A stretch of 63,142 bases of DNA, the filler included, from Sphacelaria rigidula (taxonomy: Eukaryota): the NCBI GenBank assembly GCA_964200075.2. It is 6 parts of 6 records of this genome, joined end to end, with 100 filler letters (N's around TTAATTAATTAA, not from the genome) between each part and the next. Parts side by side here need not be neighbours in the genome. Positions count along the whole stretch, not along the records: positions 1 to 10,441 come from CAXNAA020006485.1; positions 10,542 to 20,982 come from CAXNAA020006486.1; 4 more parts are not named here. One strand, 5' to 3'. The notes beneath the pieces were generated by a model, which was given only the letters and a program-made list of their open reading frames with translations, did no database searches and was not told where the DNA came from. Positions 1 to 12,475 of this stretch are shown piece after piece; the first letter of the stretch is position 1; every line of letters starts with the position of its first letter. The position numbers and the translations under genes are program-made.

Positions 1-430
1 CCGCGCCCCGGTGGTGTAAACTTAATACTCATTGCATTTATAGTCGCCGCCCCCCTGAGTACCCCCCCCCCCCCCCCGGTGGTGTAAATTAAAATGATAT
101 AACTGACACCATTAGGGTGGAAACAACGTGGGTTAATTTCCCGTCAGATGCGTTTGGATTTCATCTTCAGCATATCTGATTTGCGTCGTTGAAAAGGACT
201 TTTGACGAGAATAGTCGACGCAGTGCGGGAGTGTGTTCGGGTAGTCACAATCCAAAGTTTGTTTTTGACAATGATAGTCAAGGCGATGTGGGAGTTAGTG
301 CTGACAAGTCATGATCCAACCCACGAGACGACAATGCAACGCGTGTACGATACCGGAGGAGAGAGGCGTCCATCTCTTGAAACCATGGACTGACTCGTCC
401 CGACGAAGGGAAGGGGTTGAACGTGTGACG
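1..430 (+). mobile_element. Diverged tRNA-derived SINE copy (family of 2682-3000), with duplicated head
   Basis: Head CCCCGGTGGTGTAA occurs twice (6-19 and ~74-87). Body motifs (CATTAGGGTGGA, GATGCGTT, TCATGATCCAA, CCATGGACT..CTCGTCC..AAGGGAAGGGGTT) match the copies at 2682-3000 and 11111-11426. Confidence 0.55.
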
Positions 431-463
431 AAAAAGGAACATGTACTAAAAGATCCAAGGGTC

Positions 464-690
464 GACACGTTACACTCGTTACGTGTCACGCCATGTCACG
501 TTTCACGTCAAAAATTAAATTAGGCTAGTAGTACTGCGATGGGGGACGGGGACCACGTGGGAAGCACTGATTTGACTCGATCTTTGAACAGGGCTCCCCA
601 CGTGGTCCCCATCCCCCACCGTAGTATTAGCCTGGCTCAACTTTCGACGACACTTGACGTGAAACGTGAACGTAACAAGTGTAACGTGTA
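464..690. mobile_element. Nested inverted-repeat (MITE-like) structure
   Basis: Outer arms CACGTTACAC..CACGTTTCACGTCAA / TTGACGTGAAACGTG..GTGTAACGTG. Inner arms AGGCTA..GGGGACGGGGACCACGTGGG / CCCACGTGGTCCCCATCCCC..TAGCCT. Confidence 0.6.
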
Positions 691-1850
691 GACCGTTGAG
701 AAAATCAAGATAGTACGAAGAGCTAAACAAAAATGCCTCCGGTATGTATGATGGAAACCTGCAAGGGCAACATTGCCAGCTCCGCCGCAGGGGCACGGTG
801 GCGAGGTACGAAGTTGAAAAATGAAAATACAAGGGTGGAAAGATCCTGGAACATGACCAAATGTACGCTACAATACATCAATAATGACACCAACGATGAC
901 AAATATGCCGCACCTTCAATGCGGCGATCTTGGCCTCTTCCTCCTGCACGATCTTTCGAATTTTCTGTGAGAAGGAAAAAAATGCAAAGAAAAGCAACGA
1001 AACACAACAGCACATGTTATTTTGTGATTCAATTTTATCCCGCCAATACTACAATGTGGTGACGCATTTCAGAATATTTTCTCGGTGAAAATCAATCCAC
1101 GTCATATTCGACGATGGACGACATTAATACGACAAGACTTAAAGAATGTGGAGGGCTGATTGGGATTGTAGCATTGTGTCGGGCTGTTGGAGCAAAGGAC
1201 ATGATCATACCTCTACTTCACAACCCTGCACGCCATAGATCCAGAAGGCGGTGACTCTTGTTACCCTCTGTTTGAATGCTTACAGAGATACTACTAGTAG
1301 GCAGTCACGAGTACTGTGCGTCTTGTTCCCCATTTTCCGTCTCGTGAATCGCTTAAATGTCTTTCAGTGTTGCATGCACCCCAGGCATGCGCACGCGAAG
1401 CACGTAGACGAGCACAAACTACGCATATGGTGAAGAATTTTCCAACTCGCGGCCGACTTCCCCCTTGCCCCCCCCCCTCTGCCGAGCAATCAGGCCTCAG
1501 AAATCGTAGCGGATTTGGTGATTCGAACCAGCGATGACACCAAGGTTGCGTTCTGTAGGGTATGCAGTACCCGAAGACGAGGGATTTTTGGTTGGCCTAC
1601 GAAATCATACCGAAATATATATCGAACATTTCAGTATGACTCAGCAGGGTGTTGAGCCCTGTTACGGAAGACTCGGATAAGGTTCGGAAGGGCATTCCCC
1701 GATAAAATATCTCTTTTATTTCTTTTATCGTGACAGTATCAATCCTTATTTCCGCACATTAGAAACTCTATATATATACCCGCGAATCAGTCGTGATACT
1801 CCTACAGAACACAACCTTGGTAGATATCAAAATCCTAGATAATGACAGTA

Positions 1851-2100
1851 GATTGATTGATTTTGATTGGTTGATCGATTGTTGCACTTCAACTGACTCC
1901 CCCAGGGGTCCAGCCCCGGTCACATGATGGATGTACCAAAGAAAAAGAAAAACTGAAACACTCGCTCAGAAAAAAAGGTACAGGAAAAATGTCGAGCAGA
2001 ACGACACAGTGCACTACGACGTGCAAAAAAAAAAGAATAAAGAGTCAACAAAAGCAAAGCACAGAAAGAAATGGCCGATCAAAAAATAAAAAAATAAATG
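1851..2100 (-). mobile_element. Non-LTR retroelement (LINE/SINE) 3' end with (CAAT)n tail
   Basis: (GATT)n followed by CTTCAACTGACTCCCC..AGGGGTC; a homologous second copy lies at 62812-63075 on another scaffold. Confidence 0.6.
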
Positions 2101-2361
2101 AAAAGGGAAGAAAAGAGCAAAAAAAAAAATGTACTGCGTACAGTATCGACTATTACGTCAATTCCAATAGACAATAGCTCCTATGCTGTACGCAGTACAC
2201 TTTTTGATAGTGTCTTCTATTGTCATTATCCAGAGTGCGGTAGATTTAGAGATTCAAACCAGCGATTATTCATCCGACCCCTGTAACGTTCACACCACCC
2301 TTCACTGGCGTCGTTGTGGATGCCCACCAGCCACCACCAGTACGTGAAAAAAACAAGTTAC

Positions 2362-2598
2362 CTGAAGAAGCCCCGGCGGCGTAGGCTCCAAGTCGCTGGT
2401 CATGCCCTCATTTAACGCCCGATTCAGGGCTTTAGCCGTGTCCACACAAGCTCTCACGTGCATAGTGCACGCCGGGTCCTTCCCTCTTTCCCTTATCAAG
2501 GCCTGTATTTCGGCAGACACGGCTTCTTGGTACACCTCCTTCAGAGTGCTGGCCTTGCCCGACGGCGTGTAGGTTGTATTCAAGGGGTACGGCGGCAC
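2362..2598 (-). CDS. Probable internal exon of an unidentified gene (79 aa, phase 0-0)
   Basis: Acceptor ctctcccccgaacccag|GTG and donor CAG|gtaact bracket a 237-nt open frame, VPPYPLNTTYTPSGKASTLKEVYQEAVSAEIQALIRERG...PPGLLQ, in GC-rich sequence. No family recognised. Confidence 0.55.
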
Positions 2599-2681
2599 CT
2601 GGGTTCGGGGGAGAGTTTCCACGCCGAGATTATATTAATTGTCATCATTCTTGTGTGAGTAATATCAATCAGTAACATGCC

Positions 2682-3000
2682 GCCGCGCCTCGGTGGTGTA
2701 ACTGTCCGACTGTCGTCGTTAGGGTGGAGAGAACGAGGGTTCGATTCCCGATGCGTTGGGTGTTTTCTCCGTAGTATGTGATTTCCACCGTGGAAGGTGT
2801 GAGAACGTGAGTAAATAAAGTAGTTGACTGAGTTCGTTTGACGTGAGTTGACGCGGTGCCGGAGTGCTGATAGTCATAACCCAATCCGCGAGACCAGAAT
2901 GCAAGGCGCGAACCGGGGGAGAGATGGGTTGATCCCTTGAGACCACGGACTCGTCCTGAAGAAGGAGAGGGGTTCAGGGTGCGACAAATGAAAAATAAAA
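2682..3000 (+). mobile_element. tRNA-derived SINE
   Basis: A-box-like TGGTGTAACTG (2694-2704), B box GGTTCGATTCC (2738-2748), ~250-bp body shared with 11111-11426, and an A-rich tail. Confidence 0.75.
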
Positions 3001-3300
3001 TAAATATAAGTAATATAAGTAATATAAGTAATATAAGTAATATAAATAAATGTGAATAAATGTAAATAAATGTAAATAAATGTAAATAAATGTAAATAAA
3101 TGTAAATAAATATAAATAAATGTAAATAAATATAAATAAATAATAATATAAATAACATATAAATAATAATATAAATAATAAGATATAAATGATAAGATAT
3201 AAATAATAATAAAAATGATAATAATAATTACAATTATCACATGTGATATTGTGATTATTGCAATTGTCGTTATCGTTATCATTGTTATTGTGATTTGGTA
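2990..3300. repeat. AT-rich compound minisatellite growing from the SINE tail
   Basis: (TAATATAAG)n, then (TGTAAATAAA)n, then degenerate (ATA)n/(TTG/TCG)n. Confidence 0.9.
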
Positions 3301-4025
3301 ATGTCATTGCTTTTGTTTATGCTACTGTCGTCACCATCTACTTGGCCTCGCGCGTCGAGTTGGAAAGTCGGGCCCTCCCATCATTTTGTTCTCACAGTAG
3401 ATTTCCACTACACCACGACAAGCCAAGAATAAATCAAGAAAAAACTCTAAAATAAAATAAAGCAAGGGTTGAAGAGAAAAAAAATAAGAAGCATAAGGCG
3501 GGGTCTTATCGGCAGTGATGACGTATCACTTCTCATAAGAATCACTTTTGTAAAAAATGATCCATGACTAGTTGCTGCCAAAAAAACGCTTCGTCAGAAG
3601 TGATCTTGTGACACCTCGAATGGGAACATAAAACGTCCCGTTGACAGGGGCAATCAGTCGTTAACCCGAGGATCGCATTGCCCTCGCAAAACCAAAACCC
3701 ATCGCTCGCTTCATCCATTGCTCCTCATCGGCTGAGCATGCTGTGCGTGACCTTACCCAAATCGGTTCAAAACTCAATGAGATAAATGATGATGATGTGC
3801 GTGAGAAGCGCGCACAGCACCACAAGATCACAAAAAGTCAGCGACGGCACGTTTTCGGTTGCTATTTGACACGCACACAGCCGCCTCTAATCCAATACTG
3901 GACGGATTTCCGTCGAACGAAGACTGCCGTGTAGATGATTAAGAGCCAGCGCTTGAGCCAATGTGCGTGAGTGGTGTGATGCTATGCGTGGCTTTTCGTG
4001 GCTCGGTGTGTCGGTGCTATGTTAC

Positions 4026-4238
4026 CTCGTTGCATCTTGTCTGCAGCGGTTCAGAGATATTGGACTAACGGCCGCTTTCAGAACCGCCGCATTTTCGAAG
4101 CTGTGTGCAGATCTGGGCTTTGATCTGGACAAAACTGCTTGTCGATAAGACTCAGCACTGGTCGTTTTGGGGGCAACCACTTCTCCAAAAGTGTTTCTTT
4201 CTTTTTTCAAGTGATGACCGCTTCCAATAAGACCCCAC
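4026..4238 (-). CDS. Possible internal exon (phase 2-2), possibly the same gene as 2362-2598
   Basis: ttag|G TGG acceptor and AG|gtaac donor around open frame WGLIGSGHHLKKERNTFGEVVAPK...RQDATR. No recognisable domain. Confidence 0.3.
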
Positions 4239-4436
4239 CTAATTAAATAGGGATTAAATATATGGAAAAAATAACTGTAGGCATAGATAGAAGTAAAAAA
4301 TAAACGAAAGCAAGAAAATTGCCTTTTCAAGGATTCGTGCAAAAACAAATATCATTGGGGTACTTGGTCAGAATAATAATAAAATCCAATTTCCGATTTT
4401 CTATATCTCGTACACGCTGGTGTAGCTCTCTCTCTT

Positions 4437-4468
<32 letters not shown>

Positions 4469-5644
4469 AACTATACCTCCGAAGAAAAAACAAAAGGAAT
4501 TCCTGAAACAGAGATCAGGAGTCCGTGCCAGGAAGCGTTCGAAAACTGTCAAACAACGCTGCTCGCACGAGCCCTGCATCATGCACCCTCTCCATTGATA
4601 GTGACATGAAATGAGCAAAACACATATTCATTTCTTGAATCATTTTCTCCGTCCCGTCCGCAATACAAGAAAAAATAAGTATTTTGGACGACATCCCCGC
4701 CCCGCAAATAAAAAGTGAACAGCTGCAAAATTTAAAAACGTGGAGACCGATAAAAGCTCTTAAAGATAGATACGTGTGTGTGTGTGTGTGTGCGTGCGTG
4801 CGTAGAGAACCCGGTGACTCTTCTACATCCTTTCCCCTCACCAGAGATGAAGAAACCTGAAAATTATGCCTCAGAATATTCACCAGTAGAGATATGGATT
4901 TGGATTCTGCCGCGGTACTCTCGTTTTTCTTCTTAGTGTGCTTTGTCTGTTCAACCTTTCTGTTTCCTTCACTTCACTTCGGGGAAAGTGGTTCCACTTT
5001 GCGTTTCATCTCCGGTGCATACACGAGTATCATGAGACCCGGATTCCAAAGGGAACTCGCTAAGGTGCGACAAATAAATAAATCAAAAACTGTGCAGCAT
5101 ATACTGTACGGCAAGCATTTACTGAGAGGATCATATCCAAGGGGGTCCAATGGTTCTCACCCCTCGAAACTGGAGACGAGTTACTCGTAGATTAGGTGAT
5201 CTGTTTATGCACAGACCCTTTCATGCACAGCTCCTCTATACCAGGACATCATGCACAGAAGTTACAAAGAAACTCTGCACGGCACCTTGACTCCCTCCTT
5301 CACAAGCACGCCACACTACACTAGCCTCACCGTGTCATACTCTGCGACGTCTGGTACAAGACGGCAAGCGAATGTTGAGGGCAGCAATCTCACATAGATG
5401 AAGAAGCCCCAACTGTGCCCGCAACTTGTGTTACTGCGAATGTTGACCGACGACGAGGGGCACGGGACGACTATACTGCCGAGATTTGCGGCTGCCTCCG
5501 CGGTCATGGAATAAAATAAAAACTGTCCGCATCACTTTCTCTGATGAAAAAAAAAAACGGAAAAAAAAAGACGTCAAAAAGCCGTCGCCAAAAATAATCC
5601 ATACTGGAAAAAAGCACACCCTACTTTTGTCAGCAAAAAAAAAT

Positions 5645-6020
5645 CCCTAAACCCTAACCGTACCACGTAGCCGTAAGCGTAGACCCGGCCGAAACCCTCA
5701 CCCCAACCCTACAGAGCACCGAGAAACCTCGGTTGAGAAGAATCTAGAAGATGCCCTACGCTGAATGTGCGATAGTAGAGCTCACACTGGCCGCTTAGAC
5801 TCTTGAAAGAAATTTCTCGGAGATATCATCTCGAACTAACGCTAACGCTAACCCCAGCCCCAACCGAAGCCATACCGAGAACCCTCGGGCGAGGGGGGTG
5901 CAAAGCGTTTCCTAGGCAAAGTGTGGGGTTAGCAGACCTCAAATCGGCGCCGCATTCTGACAATACGCGTACTGCGCATGCTAGGAAAGAGCACTTAGGA
6001 CTGACTGCCAGCCCCACATA
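5645..6020. repeat. Interspersed repeat with telomere-like CCCTAA-derived units and CCGAGAACCCTCGGGC core
   Basis: Two tandem degenerate modules. The core recurs at ~30400, 46089, ~46370 (reverse) and ~46697. Confidence 0.6.
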
Positions 6021-6560
6021 AGGTCCGAATATCGGTGTCAACACTCGGATCAAGTAATGAAAATTCCGGGAAAATTCTAATTGGCCGAGTGAACTCTATT
6101 GAAGTGGCGCCAGCCCATGGCAACGATGCAAACGTCATAAAAACAGCGCCCTGTGCACTCAGGGCGACCGCACTTCTGGACCATGAGTCGGCCTCCAATC
6201 CATCCGATTGCCAGGATCTTATCTACCACATTCAAGTTAACTATATATTTCCAACTATGAGTTCGTGGCGGGCGAGGAGAAGTTGCCGTAAAATCTAAAA
6301 ATTGTGGTGGGTTAATACAGACATCCATCCGACCTAGTTCCCACGATCTTCCTCCTAGTGTAAGGCAGTTTCGCTAGTCAGTCAGTGTGTGCTGTGCGAG
6401 GCCAAGGATAACCTTAGGCCCCCGTCTTTGCAAGAGAACAAAACACAAAACATGAGGATGAAATTGTGAATGATGACAGTGACGAACAGTCTCACTCGTG
6501 TGGCAACCATTTATTTTTACGTCCCCTTTCAGATTCTCATTATCGCTATATATAAGACAC

Positions 6561-6892
6561 AGGCCTGCGGACAGCGGGTGTGCCTCATCTAACCCCGACG
6601 GTGTGTGTGTGGGTAGGTTATAGCTTCTCACTCGGCAGAAGGGTATGGAGTGTGCGGAGCCGCGACGTGGGCTTGAATGGGACGGAATTTGCAGGGCAGG
6701 GCTTGGGTTGGAACTCAGAGTGGCCGGGTTGGGGGGCTTCGGACGGGGAGCCTCCCACACGGGATTATGACGAGCCCAGACTGGGGATTGGAGGATGACA
6801 GTCACAGGGGAATAGGCCAAGGAAGACGGTCCGGGTTGACTAGCCCGGAGTTACTAGTAAGCGGGTCGGGTCATATAGAGATCATAATAACA
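6561..6892 (-). mobile_element. LTR (3' LTR of a minus-strand element; may extend left to ~6303)
   Basis: ~330-bp direct repeat of 9096-9425. It begins TGTTATTATG on the minus strand, immediately preceded by a polypurine-like tract GCTGGGGGGGGTA (6893-6905). Confidence 0.65.
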
Positions 6893-7672
6893 TACCCCCC
6901 CCAGCTACAGCAGTGTTAGCGCGCGACTCTGCTAAAGCTCAAGGCTGGGATTTGAACCTCTAGGGACAAGACCTGACGAGTTCACCAACATTCAATCGTC
7001 TAATATGGCATGAGACGTTCCACGAGACGTTGTGGAGATATGCGCACATAGGGCGACACTGGCAAGGACTTAGACGAGACAATACCGTGACTTTTTCATA
7101 ATAAATCCTCAACGGAGCAGCAAATACATGAATATTTTTTGTCAGTTTGACGATGAACCTGCAAGGTTTTGACAGATGTGTTTGCGGACATAGGCGTATG
7201 TGGGGCAGAACGATTTCTTGCCAAGGCATACAGGCCGGGCCGCCTAAGAAGCGGACTTTCCTTCTGCCGGTTCTAACTGACAATCTGTCGCGAGTTGTGC
7301 CTACTACTCCATGACACATCGTGGTGATCTGCAAATCAACGCGCGTCTTTCACTTCACGTAGCACTGCGATCTGACAAGTTCCCATCAAACGAAATACCG
7401 AACAGTAGTCAGCTGCGGAGTGTAGAGAGTTGAGGGTGGCATGTGCGGCGGAATTAGGGGGAAAAAACGGCTGAAATCGTTTTCACGGTTACAGTCGGTT
7501 GTGCCGCGGCCGNNNNNNNNNNTAGGCGCGCAGTGTCTGAGATGGCACGCAGACGAGACCTCCAGCGCGCCAAGGCGTCCCGCTTGTGGAAAACGTTCAA
7601 GTTCCGGCTGAGGTTGTTGTATTCTAAAAGCAAGTGAACCGGTTCTCGACAGAAAAACGCGATTTCACTTCT

Positions 7673-8291
7673 CAATTTCAAGTCCCTTTTCCATGAAATC
7701 TTGACACGATATACATGAGGTACATGTGAAGCCCCTACCGTTTCCCCCTCTTCTTTTTATTTTTTTTCCTCCTATGTTATTGGTGATCTAAATTTCGAAC
7801 CAATTTTTCCCGGTACAAAAGCGTCGACAACTTCTTGAAAAAATGAAAAATGTGAAGGGGGTACAAAAGGGACTTTACAACATACCTCATGCGCATCGTG
7901 TCGAAAATTCGTGGGAAAATACCTGAAATTGAACAGCATAACCGCGTTTCAGTTTTTCGTGGTTGGCCCATCTCCACATAGCAACCAGTCTTCGACACAA
8001 ACACGCGATTTAGCAGCTCAATTTTGGGTCGTTTTCCATTAAATTATGACACGATGTACAGGATGTACGTGCGAAGACTCCACCTTCTGCCCCACTGCAT
8101 TTATTTTGTATTCTCCGTGAGTTATCGGCGACCACACATTTTAGAATAGTTTATTTCGGAACATAATAGTGAATAACCCCCCCCCCCCCCCCCAAAAAAA
8201 AAACGCGATGGAATCTTCGTACATACGTCCTGTACCTTGTGTCAAAAGTTCACACAAAACGACTCAAAATTGACCTGCTAAATCGCGTGTT
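7673..8291. mobile_element. Two adjacent related foldback (long inverted-repeat) modules
   Basis: 7673-7932 and 8000-8291 each have ~60-80-bp inverted arms built on a TGACACGAT..ACA.GA.GTAC.TG.GAAG motif. Confidence 0.6.
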
Positions 8292-9095
8292 CACATCCCT
8301 GTCCGCGTCTTGGGCGGCCCAGCCTGTAGACCCTTGTGACAGACGTGTGACTCGGAGGAAAAATTACTGAAGTGTGGTGAAAGACGGGACCTCAAACCAT
8401 GACGGTTTCAATCGTGGCCAGAGACATGAATATTTTCCACTACTTGGAACATGTTTGTAGTAACTTGACAACTGACAAGACGTGACTGTGACGAGACATG
8501 AAGACATGTGCAAACGACGGGCAGATCCATGATTTGGGCAAAAATGATATTCGCCGGGGTCCTCATCGATCAGCATAGTACATCGAATTTGCGCTGTAAT
8601 CAATGCATCAGTGAACGTTGACATTTCTGAAATTTCCTCCATGTGTCGTTACAACAATCTGGGGTCACGATCTAGCAGGTATGTAATGTCAACACTTCGG
8701 ATTCTTCAAAAAAATGATCAGAGATTTTATTTCGTTTTGGCAAAAGTGGATGTGAAACGAGTGCGAGTGATGTTTCAAAATTACTAGATGTACCAACTCT
8801 CAAATTGGCAACCACTTTGATGCCAGGATGATGGCCGAAAATTCAACGCCTCACCTCTAGAGACAGAATTGAACTGAGGAGCCCGACATAATCTTACCTG
8901 AACCACATGGAGTTTTCGTGTGACGCCAACATGGCTCTGCCGACACCATCGAAGTAAAACACGGATGTGTGACCGAATCCAGGACAAATCAGGTGACTGA
9001 ACATGACGAACGACACTCAACATTTTCAAATGGCTAAAGGTGATAACGAGTGGTTACTGACTGTACGAGAACGCAACGTGCACCCGACTGGGCAT

Positions 9096-9425
9096 AGGCC
9101 TGCGGACAGCGGGTGTGCCTGATCTAACCCGGACGGTGGGTGGGTGTAGGTTGTAGCTCCTCACTCGGTGAAAGAATACGGATTGTGCGGAGCCGCGACG
9201 TGGACTTGAACGGGACGGACTTTGCAAGGCAGGGCTTGGGTTGGAACTCAGAGTGGCCGGGTTGGGGGGCTCCGGACGGGGAGTCTCTCAGACGGGATTA
9301 TGACGAGCCCAGACTGGGGATTGGAGGATGACAGTCCCAGGGTGAAAGGCCCGGGAAGACGGTCCGGGTTGACTAGCCCGGAGTTACTAGTAAGCGGCGT
9401 GGGTCATATAGAGGTCATAATAACA
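9096..9425 (-). mobile_element. Second LTR copy (candidate 5' LTR, partial)
   Basis: High-identity direct repeat of 6561-6892 ending in the same ...CATAATAACA terminus. Confidence 0.65.
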
Positions 9426-10037
9426 TATATATATCATTAGCATTCTTATTCTCATCAAAATCAATCATTTTTTTTTTTGTTATCTAAATTATTGTTGTGA
9501 GAATGCAGTACACGACCTCACACGCCCGTCCTGCGTTTGTGTGTATCAGGAAGCATTCCGTTGGGCGGTGCGAATGCGTGTGCTGTGCTGTGTTGTGTTG
9601 ATTGATGATGACAATGAAGACGACGTTAGGAGGGGGAGAAGCAGCAGTAGTAGTAATAGTAGTGGTGGTGGTAGTAGTAACAGCATCATCACTGCTATTA
9701 CTTCTGCATATAAGCGCCATCTCTCAAACCCGTGGTCACAGACGAAGGCTACCCTTTCCAGTACCATCATATTGAAGGACCATTCAGATGAAAATTTGAT
9801 GGTTGAGGTTGCAGCGAAACACCTCTTCAAAGCGAGGGTTACGTATGAGAGTAGAAGTGAAATGAAGCAGGCTTCAAATCACAGCCTCGTGAGGGAGGGG
9901 CTGGTGAAGTCATTCTCCAGTAGGTTGTGCGAGAAAATAACGTCTGTGTGTGCAAAGATGTTGTGCACTGATCTCCTGAACTATTCATCTACCCATGTAT
10001 TTTGTGCGGAAAAAATGTGCTTCGAAGTATTTTCTAC

Positions 10038-10041
<4 letters not shown>

Positions 10042-10081
<40 letters not shown>

Positions 10082-10091
10082 GTTGTTGTTG
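10042..10091. repeat. (TTG)n microsatellite
   Basis: Near-perfect TTG run; it produces the poly-L/poly-C ORF artefacts. Confidence 0.95.
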
Positions 10092-10441
10092 TCTTCACAT
10101 TAAAAAACCGTTCCGATATCTGCGCGGTACATTCGTACAACATGGGTGGCAGCTTCAATCTAAAAGATCTGCAGTCAACGTCCCATTAGCCACATAGCAG
10201 TCGTACGAAAAAACAACCGTCTCTCCCTCCTCCCCCCGTCCGGCGAAAACCCGGAGTGATCCGTCCCGGCTTGTAGGGGTGCGAGGTCAATGGTCTTATG
10301 ACTACGACATGCAAGAACATAATTACCCCCCCCCCCCCTCGTCCGCAGCCTGGTCCGGCGAGAACCCGGCGTGCTCCGTCCCGGCTTTGTAGGGGCGGAC
10401 CCCCGGTGGGGTTGGCGTCAGTCGGCGATGGCGCTATAAAA

Positions 10442-10541
10442 NNNNNNNNNNNNNNNNNNNNNNNNNNNNNNNNNNNNNNNNNNNNTTAATTAATTAANNN
10501 NNNNNNNNNNNNNNNNNNNNNNNNNNNNNNNNNNNNNNNNN
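10442..10541. other. Artificial scaffold spacer
   Basis: 100 nt of N with a central TTAATTAATTAA (stop codons in all frames). Confidence 0.98.
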
Positions 10542-11110
10542 TTGCTTTATTTAATGGTATCGCCACTTCCAGAGACAGCTAGGGCTTATACACTGCCTCA
10601 TGGGTGTCTTGAAGGTGGGTGTCTCGAAGGCGGGGGAGGGGGGATTATAATCTGAAGAAATAAATCCGCCAACAGAGCTGAACCCGTATTGTGACGTATG
10701 GAAATGCCGTTTATCAGCATTATCACGGCCGCAAGTTAAGGAAATAAGTTCACAATTCAGGGGGAAAACGAGTTCGTGTTACCCCTGCCCCTCCCACTCA
10801 TCCCTCGTCAGGTACAAATCGGATCACTCTCTCAGCTATTTCCGTCTGGGATTCCCCGCGAGCTGTTGCTGGTGCTGTTGTGTCTGGTGTCAGCGGTGTC
10901 AGTGGTGGATGCTCTTCTATTATCGGCTCTCAGCGCAGGCAGCATGCTCTTGCTTTTGACGAAGCTCAAATGGCGGAATTTTCTTTACATTTAATAATAA
11001 ACAAGCGCCCGTTTGTGGTTCAGCACAGAACAAGCATTGGAATTAGTCTTCAGATACGTAAAAACAGCTTGAACTGCATCATATTCTCGTGATGGTCCAT
11101 GTGCTTCCGT

Positions 11111-11426
11111 CTTTTTTTATTCTTCTATTTGTCGCACTGTGAACACCTCCCCTTTCTTGGGCCGGGTCCGTGGTCTCAAGTGATCAAGCCATCTCTCCCC
11201 CAGTACACGCCTTGCATTTTGGTCTCGCGGATTGGATCATGACTAACACTCCCGCACCGCGTCAACTCACGTCAAACAACCTCAGTCAACTACTTTGTTT
11301 ACCCACGTTCTCATGCTTTCCACGGTGAAAATCATGCGTTATGAAGAGAAAACCCAACGCATCGGGAATCGAACCCTCGTTCTCTTCACCCTAATGGCGA
11401 TAGTCGGACCATTACACCACCGGGGC
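11111..11426 (-). mobile_element. tRNA-derived SINE
   Basis: Minus-strand A box TGGTGTAATGG (11409-11419), B box GGTTCGATTCC (11365-11375), body homologous to 2682-3000, A-rich tail. Confidence 0.75.
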
Positions 11427-12475
11427 TACATGGTAGAATACTGGGGGTCATGTCGAGTAGTTGAGCGTCGAAAGAAGTAGCAAGAAGAAGCAGCTCATGA
11501 TTCTGTCTTCTACACCGTGTGTGTTCAGGCACCTGCGGGACCGCGTGCGAGAAGGGTTTGGTGGAGAAGAGAACCTTAACTGGAGCCCCAACTTCTGCAT
11601 CTGCAACGTGTACGATGATCACAGGTACCGCTGATGATGATGAGATTGATAATAATGATGATGTGTTGGAGAACGCCTACGCGTGCTCGTGTGTGTTGTA
11701 ACATTTTCCCCGTTTTTTACCTTGAGCGTGCGTGCGTCGGGGTATCGTTACCGTAGCTGCGGTGCACCTATTGACGTTTCACTCACCTCTTATGTTCCCT
11801 ATTCCCTCCATGTGGAGTTTTCCACGCGGTGGTGGTGAAGTCTCAACAAGCAGTGACTTTGCTTTGCTACGTGCGGCGACTGTTACCATGTCATATCAAA
11901 AATTATTTCATGTTGCGTTGTTCGTGTCGTGATTCATGATGGAGATAAGTACGTGTCTTCACCAGACTATCGTGACAAGAAGAAGTCGTATTATACTGGT
12001 CGCTACCTCAGCAATGGGTATGGGTGCTCAATCGCCGCACGTGATACAGTTGATATCCGTGAACAATCCCTGATGTACTGTATGTGCATTTGGTTAAACA
12101 CTTCGCACCTGCTCACCATGTGCGTACGTGAAATCATATTATCTTCGTACGCTTCGCTTGCCCTTCCTCATGACTGTAATAACTCGATATACACCAAAGC
12201 ATCGTGCATTCAGAAGCAGCCCTCCATGGTAGAAGGACGTGGACTAAAGAGTTAATTTTGAGTTCGACGAAATAAGAAATTCGACCAGAGAGATGGGGCT
12301 CGATTGAAGGCCACGTACTACAGAATGTGATAAGAAACGAGAGGCAATCAATCGTGCATGAACCCGACAGCAACCCTGATCTACTAGCAACCAAAAGGCC
12401 TGAAGCCTATTTCAACGCTGGTAGTGAGGTGCTTTATTGAGGATGATCTGGGAGGTCACCAGCATGAAATATTAC

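Noticed and set aside
2669..3307. Long I/Y/L-rich minus-strand ORFs
   Set aside because: Translations of an AT-rich minisatellite plus SINE; not coding.
9541..10197. 218-aa ORF with poly-S/G and poly-L
   Set aside because: Built from (AGT/GGT)n and (TTG)n microsatellites and a repeat fragment; no domain.
10486..10497. TTAATTAATTAA motif at regular 10.54-kb spacing
   Set aside because: Synthetic linker inside N spacers, not biological periodicity.
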